This document shows, in pieces, positions 25,077 to 33,427 of a stretch of DNA of 64,000 bases. The stretch spans positions 2,108,001 to 2,172,000 of the forward strand of contig JAMWBK010000002.1 in assembly GCA_029953675.1 (NCBI GenBank), written 5' to 3'. A program made the position numbers and the translations under genes. The notes beneath the pieces were generated by a model. That model was not told the origin of the DNA. It did no database searches and saw only the letters and a program-made list of their open reading frames with translations. This DNA is from Rhodosorus marinus CCMP1338 (Eukaryota; Plantae; Rhodophyta). Each line of letters starts with the position of its first letter. The first letter of the stretch is position 1.

Positions 25077-26435
25077 GATGATCGGTTTATTCAGAGTCTA
25101 ACTACCCTGAAAAGCGAACACAAGACGCTGATGACGGTCGTCCACAAACAAAGCAGAATTGGAGCGCCACAGGGTCAAAGAAAGCTCCGTGAACAGACTA
25201 TCCAAACGGCCTGGGTCATTGCGAAACAGAGCTCGCAGCCAGCGAGAACCTACACTATCTATCAAGCCAAAGCACTCAATAATGAGGGGGACGAACCGGT
25301 ATGTCACCGCCGAATCGCGAAAGGTAGGGTTTGACATCGCTGCCGTGTACTGCGAATCTTTCACTTTCCCCATGGACCGTGCTGCAGCTCCTCGACGCCG
25401 AGCCGACGCAGGCAGGTAACTGGTCGCCTGAGGACAAGGGATGGAGAGGTCAATGTACTCACTGCGACGCGCATTGAGGTCAGTCACGGCGGGATCCGCC
25501 ACCCGCTGTACCGCTGGGGCGTCACTCTCATCAGCAATTTCCGATGCCACCGCCAGAGCGACCTCATACTCCACTTCTCGGTCCGGACCGAGCGATTGAG
25601 AACGAAGGTAACGGAAAAGCGGTTGAGCCGCGTATGGCGTCTGGTCCGGGCCCCTTGAACCTCCGCACAAGACGCCAACAGGTGCGCACCATAATCACCC
25701 CACGGCGCATTGGCACAATGCGATCCCCCTTAGGGCCGTTCCTGCACGCCTGTGGATTGCAACTGGTGCTGTTGCGGCTGAAACATCAGTTGATGATGAT
25801 CAGTTCCCGCGGGTCCGTGCGGTCGCCTTCCATGACGATGTGACGCTTCTTGGCACTCCCGACGTTCTGGTGCCGGCCTACGATTTTCTCGGCGAGGTGG
25901 CTTGCTTGGTGGGGCTGCGTATCAACCATGCAAAGTGCGATTTCTGGGGGGGGGTCTCAGTGCACCACGAAGTTCCATCCAGGTTCCGAGATATTTGGCG
26001 AGCTGAGGGCTTCCTTCTGTTCGGTGTCCCCGTAGACACCCCGATATTTGTTGAACGCAGCCTCTCCAAGCTCCTGAGTCATCACGATTAGCTCCTCCTG
26101 ACTGAGCTGTGCAGGATCCCAGAAGGGTACCTCCAGACCGCTCTGCTCATCTTTTGGTTCAGCGCGTGCCAGAGGCTGACCTATTTTTTGCGGCAGCTAC
26201 CCTCCGAGTGGGGGTCTTGGCTGGCGCTCCGGGCAGACCGACGAGCGAGGGATGTGCTAGGCACGCTGATGGATGCTGAGCTATCTGTTTTGGGGGATGC
26301 GGAAAAGGACGTCCTTCACCGGCAGATCGCGTTGCCCGTGCTGTTGGGCGGGCTGGCTGTGGGATCTTACGCGGCGATCTAGCCGGCGGCTGTGGTGAGT
26401 TCGTGGGCCAATGCGCTTAATACATGGTCTACGGA
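25077..26435. mobile_element. Subfamily A 3' fragment (-; 25077-~25720) joined to an inverted RT fragment (+; ~25721-26435)
   Basis: RLE ORF 25098-25670 on -; QGDPLGP/FHDD segment on +. Confidence 0.8.
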
Positions 26436-26583
26436 GTGAGACCGGTCATCGCGGTCTCGCCCAGCCACCCAAACCCTTCCAGGCCGATTGGGAAAAAGTC
26501 GTTCAAGTGCCAGAGGACTCCAGCATACTTACGGATCTTCCGATGAGCGGCGTGATTAGCGGCGACGCCCTGGCTTTCACCTT

Positions 26584-27780
26584 GATGATCCGTTTATTCA
26601 GAGGCTAACTACCCTGAGAAGCGAGACACAAGACGCTGATGACGCTCGTCCACAAACAAAGCAGAATTGGAGCGCCACAGGGTCAAAAAAAGCTCCATGA
26701 GCGGACTATCTAAACGCCCTGGGTCGTTGCGAAACAGAGCTCGCAGCCAGCGAGAACCTACACTATCTATCAAGTCAAAGCACTCAATAATGAGGGGGAC
26801 GGACCGGTATGTCACCGCCGAATCGCGAAAGGAAGGGTTTGACATCGCTGCCGCGTACTGCGAATCTTTCACTTTCCCCGTGGACCGAGCTGCAGCTCCT
26901 CGACGCCGAGCCGACGCAGGCAGGTACCTGGTCGCCTGAGGACAAGGGATGGAGAGGTAAATGTACTCACTGCGACGTGCATTGAGGTCAGTCACAACGG
27001 GATCCGCCACCCGCTGTACCGCTGGGGCGTCACGCTCATCAGCAATTTCCGATGCCACCGCCAGAGCGACCTCATACTCCACTTCTCGGTCCGTACCGAG
27101 CGATTGAGAACGAAGGTAGCGGAAAAGCAAGCGGTTGAGCCGCGTATGGCGTCTGGTCCTGGCCCTTGAACCTCCGCACAAGACGCCAACAGATGCGTAC
27201 CATAATCACCCCACGGCACATTGGCCCCGCACAATGCGCATCTAGAATCCCGCTCAACAGGCCAAGGGGGTTGCGGCAAGCCCACGTACGGTCATAAGCT
27301 TACACGAAGTTCGAGATCGGTAAGCGCCAACCGCGGATACGCTGGTTTGACCATGAAGAAACGGGAGCTGAGACTCCCTCCCAAACCGCGCAGGCGAGCC
27401 AAAGTCGACGCCTAGCACGAAGGTAAACTCAGAAGGGTGGCATACGAGTCCCGATGTATGTCCCACGAAAGGGTTTTTTGGATTACATCGGTCCTCGAAG
27501 GGGCCGGACCCGACCGGGAAATGCCGTCCTCTGGCGGTCTAGACGGCACAGCCACGGCGTCAACACCCTCGGCAGTTTCTACACCATTTCCAGCACACGG
27601 TGCTGCAGCAGAGACTCGCGAAAGCTGGCCACCGAGGGAGTCAAGAACTGCCGCTCAGGAATCGCAACGAGCCTGGGTACCACTCGGCAGGGCGGTACAT
27701 TGTTGAAAAGCAGCCACCAGTTCCGCAAAAAACCCCCCGAGCCGTGGGGCGAGAGTCCCGTCCAGCCACCCAACCCACCC
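26584..27780 (-). mobile_element. Subfamily A 3' fragment (~1.2 kb)
   Basis: Tail at 26584; RLE ORF 26609-27181. Confidence 0.9.
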
Positions 27781-28460
27781 GTGCGTTGTACTATGGCATC
27801 TGGTAGGGGACTTGCTACGGGGATATGGAAGAGCAGCAATTGTTTGGAGACAGGATGGATAGCCTGAATATATGGCACCACATTCGGGTGCTCCTCACGG
27901 ACAGGCCCGGGCTCGACCAGTACCTGTTCGAATCCACACTCGCGGAGGAGCGTCGCCATTTGGCTAACGAGGTAATTGTGTCGGTAGATCCAGATTCCAC
28001 ACGTTAACGGGGAATTCTGGATTCCCTGGTATCCATACTGATCATAAGAGCGATGGCAGGATGAGCATACTTTACGGGCCGGGATCTGCGGATGCGGAGC
28101 TCCAAGCAACTGACGAATATTCGCCAGTATCTGAGATCGCGAGTACTCCGGACGATCTCTTGACTAGGGCTGTCCGTAAGGCCTTGGGTACATTGTACCC
28201 ACTGCCACCACCATACGCAGAGCGAATACGAGCACGACTGAGGACGCTGACCACGACTGAGGAGGAGGACAATCAGAACTGATGATGACCATCAGACCGT
28301 CTACAATCGCAAGGTAGGCCGAGCGATGCAGTTGATTGGCGATCAAGCGTTGGGAAAGCTTGGGAACAGGCACTGCTTCGGCAGGAGCGGAGTGACGGGT
28401 ACCAACCTTCATCTTGCTTTAATTGTTTTCCAATTTCCACGCACCTAGATGTCACCGGTT
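27780..28460 (-). mobile_element. Second RLE retrotransposon family (family D), C-terminal fragment
   Basis: ARIRSAYGGGSG, LLGAPHP..CSSC..YG..C..WIYRHNYL..LLRECGFEQVLVEPG..VASP. Confidence 0.85.
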
Positions 28461-28589
28461 TCTCCTTAGTTTTAGTCAGATACTTTCTCTCCTCCCCTAC
28501 GCTCTGTTGGCTAGTTGCGCTGTGTGGACTGGGCCTCTACCTACATCTATTTTACGGGTTCCTTTGTTGTTTTAAGGTCAACGTGACCT

Positions 28590-29403
28590 TGGTTTTAGAT
28601 CGGAATCCAAGTCAACATCATCCGGCGTACTCGCGATCTCAGATACTGGCGACTATTCGTCAGTTGCTTGGAGCTCCGCATCCCAGATCAAAGCCCGCGA
28701 AGTACGCTCATCCTGCCATCGTTCTCATGATCAGTATGGATACCATCGCTGGTAATTCGCATTCATGGAACATACCAGGGCGTCTTGATAGCCTCCTCAC
28801 GGACCTCTGAATAAACGGATCATCTGAGCGGTCCTTGACCCTCGGGCGATCCAACACTGCTTTATTGTTGGACGCGCGTCATCAGCGTCTTGTTTCTCGC
28901 AGGGTAGTTAGGCTCTGAATAAACGTATGAATCCATAATTGCCCGTTATCGTGTGGAATATGGATCTACCGCCACAATAACCTTGTCAGCCAAATGGCGA
29001 CGCTCCTCCGCGAGTGTGGATTCGAGCAGGTACTGGCCGGGCCTGTCCGTGACGATCACCCGAATGTGGTGCCATATTTTCAGGCTATCCATCCTGTCTC
29101 CAAACAATTGCTGCTCTTCCATATCACCGTAGCAAGTCCCCTACCAGATGCCATAGTACAACGCACTGCGTGAAGCCCGGGCGTCGCCGCTAATAGCGCC
29201 GCTCATCGGAAGATCCGTAAGTAGGCTGGAGTTCTCTGGCACTCGAACGACTTTTTCCCGATCGCCCTGGAAGGGTTTGGATGGCTGAGCGAGACCGCGA
29301 TGAATGGTCTCCGATCCCTCACGCGGCATCTGGATCCCAGTTCTTCCCCCTCCCACGAGCAATTGCGGCCTAAACAGATGTCGTTGGTGTCCTGTAAAAA
29401 AAA
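28590..29403 (+). mobile_element. Family D 3' fragment ending in an A8 run, interrupted by a subfamily B 3' end (~28780-28926)
   Basis: RHNNL..RECGFEQV..AAHRKIRK..FFPIALEGFG; A8 at ~29396-29403. A further family D piece lies at ~26437-26583 (-). Confidence 0.8.
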
Positions 29404-29429
29404 CTATCAATCCCGGGTGAGTGTCCTGC

Positions 29430-29590
29430 GAGAAGGAAAGGGGAGTCACAAACGTGTGACTACTAGACTAATAACCAAGCAGGAAACACTAACTACTAAA
29501 AACTACTGGCACTCTCATGGATACGAAGTGCAAGTGCAACCCAAGGGCTGTGATGTCTTTGGAGGAGTAGCTTGTGGGTGGTCCTGAAGG
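29430..29590 (+). mobile_element. PPT + LTR-like remnant related to 5693-6045
   Basis: GAAGGAAAGGGAGTCAC..TGTGACTAC and GCTTGTGGGTG(G)TCCT are shared with the reverse complement of 5700-6045. Confidence 0.45.
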
Positions 29591-30233
29591 CTGGAGCGTC
29601 TCGAACATGAACTTTAGAAATGCATTGAACTAGTTGCGCTTTTATTTCTTGCATTTACGAGCCTCCCATCGGGTTGGCTGGTTCCTGGTAAAAGTAAAGA
29701 CTTTTGTTAAAAAACAAGCCCCTATGGTAAAGGCTGCTTCCCAGTAAAGTCAAGCTGAGTTTTGAAGCTGTACAACTCACTTTCCCGCCAACTTTTCCTC
29801 TGCCGATGTGCGCCCATCTATTGAAATCCAGAATAGACCACAGACGAGGACTAGAAAACCCTTCTGTCCCAACAAACATGAACAATTATTTCCTTGCAGA
29901 TCCGAACATCACTCTGAAGAGACTAAAAATATATCTCAAACTGCTGAGTTGGCATTTGGGGCATTACGGTCCGGCTTTGGGGTCGACCTAGCTCGGGGGG
30001 CAAGAGTAGCTGGGTTCGGTTTGCTCGTCGACGTGTGGAAGTCGATCATTTAATGTATTCGCAAGAGAGGCTTTCGGACAAGCGGGAGTGACTGACAAGG
30101 TCCAAGCAGAGTTGAGTTTCGCAGTAGCTTTCTCGAGCGCAAGTATGTCCAGATCGGCAGGTAAATGAACCAGTCAAAGCAAAGATCCACTGTGTGAACT
30201 CTAGTCCTTTCTGTTCAGTTCACCTCCAAATTC

Positions 30234-33200
30234 ATGATCTACTTCGGCCTATGTTCAGCAGGTTCTGTTTTGATGGCTACCGTAGCAACCATAGCGATCC
30301 TCGCAGGACTGCTGAAGCAATCGCATATGGTAATGGGTCAATTCACCGCAAATGGAAACGAAGCAATGGACCTGAAGAGCTGCGAGGTTGGCCCAGAGAT
30401 AACTCGGCACCAGTGCTCCGAGAACGTCAATGCAATAATGGAATCGGAGCTTCCAAAGACTTTTCAGGAACGAACTCTGACATATGGAGACCTGCGCTTT
30501 ACGTTCCTAACAGAGTTTGCGGTGCGCGTAGAGCAATCGAAATCTCACGAGTTCGAGGACGGGGACACTCTGATTTTTGAGAGTCGCCGTGAGTTTCTGT
30601 CGACTAGCGATCCTGTCGAAGTCAAGGTTTCCATCTCTCCGAACGGGGAAATACTCGAGCTTGAGACCTCACAAGTTCGACTAGTTTACGGCTCTTTGAA
30701 GGAACCATGTAAAGGATTCCCTCCGCTAACGGAGGGAACGATTTCAATCGATGTTTTCGAGGATGGTGAACATTTTGAGACGTGGAAGTGGCGCATGGAC
30801 GATCCGAAGAACTTGTACGGAACGACAAGAACGCTAGACAACGTCAATGGTTCATGCCCACTGGAACCTGGGATGATTTCGCGGTCTGGCTGGACAGTTA
30901 TTGATGACACACGCTCTCCGCTATTTGAGGAAGACAGCAACGAATCCAAGGAGATTCGATGGGTATCGGAAAGGTCAACCAAAGAACCGGATGCAGACTT
31001 CACGTTTTTCGGGTACGGCACGAAATATAGGACGATGATGGGCCTCTATGTGAGGCTGTGTGGAAGAGTTCCAATTCCGCCGAGATTCTCTCTTGGAATC
31101 TGGTGGAGCAGATGGTGGCCTTACTCTGCGAACGAGCTCAAGTCTCTCGTGCAAGACTTTGAAAAGCATAACGTCCCATTGGACGTCCTGGTCATCGACA
31201 TGGATTGGCACCAGGTAGCCTACGACATGATGGAGAGGGGAGTGGTAGATTTCTCTGGACAACCTATAGGTTGGACTGGCTACACGTGGAACGAGACGCT
31301 GTTTCCGGATCCCACGACTTTTCTCTCTTGGTGTCACGAAAAGGGTTTGCGGGTGACTCTCAACCTTCACCCAGCTGGTGGCGTTCAGCCGTGGGAGAAA
31401 AACTTCCCGGAAATCGCCACTGCATTGGGAACAGATCCTAGTCGGGTCCAGCATAACTATGTGCCTTTCAATATTGGGGATCGGAAATTCTCGTACGCAT
31501 GGTTTGACCACATTCTTCGGCCGCTTGAGAAGCAGGGGATCGACTTTTGGTGGCTCGATTGGCAGCAAAAGCCTGTTACCTCGATTGAGATGCTCAACCC
31601 CACGATCTGGCTCAACCACGTGTTCTTCAACGACATGGAGCGCCGAAGGCCAACAGCTATTCCCCTAGCCGATGGCATTCGAGGACTGATATTCCATCGT
31701 TGGGGCGGTCTTGGCTCGCATAGGTACCAGGTGGGCTTCTCTGGTGACGCCTTCACCTCATGGGAATCCCTGCGCTTCCAGGTCTATTTCACTCTGACTG
31801 CTGCAAATGTTGCCTTCGGGCATTGGTCTCACGACATTGGAGGGTTCCTAGCGAAGGAGGCAACACCACCGGAGCTGTTCACGAGATGGGTGCAATGGGG
31901 AGCGGTTTCTGCCATATTCAGAACTCACGCATGGCGCAAACAATACTTGGAGCGTCGCACTTGGAAGTACCCAAAGCGATACTTCAGGACTATGCGGGAG
32001 GCGATTCGATTCAGGCTGTCTATAGTCCCATACTTGTACACCTTAAATCGTTTGTTTTTCGAGAGCGGCGTTGCACCGATATATCCAGTCTACTATGATT
32101 ATCCAAAAGATGACGACGCGTACCGATTTAAGACGCAGTTCTTCCTTGGAGAATCTGTCCTGGTCGTGCCAGCGACGAGCTCTCTTGGGGGCAAAAGGTT
32201 TCTAGAAAAGCAGACGTACCTGCCGCCTGGATCGTGGATAGAATGGCACACCGGAAAACAGCTTAACGGGCCTTTGAAAACCTGGCGTAGAGCAGCACTT
32301 GAAGATCTCCCGATATGGGTTCGCGAAGGAACGATTCTACCTATGGCGTTTCCTGGCAAGAGAATGGATGATACGAAAGAGGATCCGTTGGTTGTGACTT
32401 GGTTCCCCGGGCAGCGACTCATGAGCGGATCAGCGTACTTGTACACGGATGATGGCGTCTCCACGGACTATAAGCTCAGTATCGGCAGGAGATATTCCTC
32501 GATCGAGTTGTTAAGCAAATGCTCGTTGCAGGCCGCCAAATGTGGATTTACGGTTGCGGGCGCGACGGGATCGTATCGCGGTATACCGAAAGCACGTGCC
32601 TACGTCTTCCGCGTTCTTTTCGCGCCGCCTCCAGAGACCGTGATGCTTAATGGTGTACAGATTCCGCGGTCTTATTACTCAGACACTACTGAGGATGACC
32701 CGACGCTCGAGTGGTCGTTGTCGAGATCCGGCTCTCGTATTGAGAACCTTCCGAAGACAAACTCCAAAGGATTCTGGAGTTATGACCCTCTACGATTAGC
32801 GATCGAGATCAATGTCCCAAGTCAACCCATAGCCACCGATTCTGTTTTCAGCGTCAAATGGAGCGATACTTCGGTTCTCCTGGAGAGCTTGAAACTCTGC
32901 CACAGCGGCCTGTACGGCGACCTTCGAGCCCTCTTGGGAGTGAAGGATAAGATGAAAGAGGTGGACGCTGAACTGGGGAAATTGCAGGAAAAGCTTCAGG
33001 TTGGATCTCAGGTTAGTTGGTTTATTGCAACTTGTATTAGTTGCGGTCACGAAGAGCCCTTGACAATCCGACAGCGCTTGTCTGGGGTTCGTATCGATTC
33101 ATCTAATTATTGCCACACATCCGTTGCTGAAGCGTCTTGTGCACTTTGTGAACTCGCTTCGCAGACAATGGGCGCCGAATGGTTGCACGGAATGCAGGAA

Positions 33201-33254
33201 GCTAAGGATATTCTTCTAGGCCTCAAAGACGCCAAAGCCTATGAGAGCTACTGA
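30234..33254 (+). CDS. Glycoside hydrolase family 31 (alpha-glucosidase/xylosidase-like), N-terminal hydrophobic segment
   Basis: 1006-aa ORF; LDVLVIDMDWH, DFWWLDWQQ (nucleophile), HRWGGLGSHRY, WSHDIGG (acid/base). Confidence 0.95.
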   Translation: MIYFGLCSAGSVLMATVATIAILAGLLKQSHMVMGQFTANGNEAMDLKSCEVGPEITRHQCSENVNAIMESELPKTFQERTLTYGDLRFTFLTEFAVRVEQSKSHEFEDGDTLIFESRREFLSTSDPVEVKVSISPNGEILELETSQVRLVYGSLKEPCKGFPPLTEGTISIDVFEDGEHFETWKWRMDDPKNLYGTTRTLDNVNGSCPLEPGMISRSGWTVIDDTRSPLFEEDSNESKEIRWVSERSTKEPDADFTFFGYGTKYRTMMGLYVRLCGRVPIPPRFSLGIWWSRWWPYSANELKSLVQDFEKHNVPLDVLVIDMDWHQVAYDMMERGVVDFSGQPIGWTGYTWNETLFPDPTTFLSWCHEKGLRVTLNLHPAGGVQPWEKNFPEIATALGTDPSRVQHNYVPFNIGDRKFSYAWFDHILRPLEKQGIDFWWLDWQQKPVTSIEMLNPTIWLNHVFFNDMERRRPTAIPLADGIRGLIFHRWGGLGSHRYQVGFSGDAFTSWESLRFQVYFTLTAANVAFGHWSHDIGGFLAKEATPPELFTRWVQWGAVSAIFRTHAWRKQYLERRTWKYPKRYFRTMREAIRFRLSIVPYLYTLNRLFFESGVAPIYPVYYDYPKDDDAYRFKTQFFLGESVLVVPATSSLGGKRFLEKQTYLPPGSWIEWHTGKQLNGPLKTWRRAALEDLPIWVREGTILPMAFPGKRMDDTKEDPLVVTWFPGQRLMSGSAYLYTDDGVSTDYKLSIGRRYSSIELLSKCSLQAAKCGFTVAGATGSYRGIPKARAYVFRVLFAPPPETVMLNGVQIPRSYYSDTTEDDPTLEWSLSRSGSRIENLPKTNSKGFWSYDPLRLAIEINVPSQPIATDSVFSVKWSDTSVLLESLKLCHSGLYGDLRALLGVKDKMKEVDAELGKLQEKLQVGSQVSWFIATCISCGHEEPLTIRQRLSGVRIDSSNYCHTSVAEASCALCELASQTMGAEWLHGMQEAKDILLGLKDAKAYESY

Positions 33255-33427
33255 TCCGGCGCGACTCAGAGCAAAATCCTTCTCCACCGCCGCGGTAAGA
33301 AGAATAGCAGGGTGACGCGGCAAGGCCTCGTGCGCTGTTGTCAGTTGTCAAGCAAGTACGGAAGTCAGTTCATAAGAAGCCTCCGTTCACCCTGTGGTGG
33401 TTCAAACCCGATTCCACGGAGAGAGAG

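Larger units (their letters stand above)
12163..29403. mobile_element. ~17-kb nest of CRE-clade (RT + CCHC + RLE) non-LTR retrotransposon fragments in both orientations
   Basis: RT motifs (APGPSG, QVGVG..GCE, DFANAFN, GVQQGDPLGP, FHDD), a CxxC..H..C knuckle with RRH, RLE (VADLVV..D..K..Y..FVPLIIECFG), repeated 3' termini and TSDs. No intact ORF. Confidence 0.95.

Noticed and set aside
12163-29000. CRISPR-like array (recurrent ~30-bp TCTGAATAAACGGATCATC motif with variable spacers)
   Set aside because: Spacing is irregular (tens to thousands of bp), orientation is mixed, the motif is the retroelement 3' end, and the context is eukaryotic with no cas genes.
12163-29403. Telomere or telomeric retrotransposon array
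   Set aside because: The block is interstitial with genes on both sides, and the (ATC)n runs are only 1-4 units.
12792-29449. The many short ORFs in the nest as separate genes
   Set aside because: They are alternative-frame or antisense readings of the same repeated retroelement sequence.
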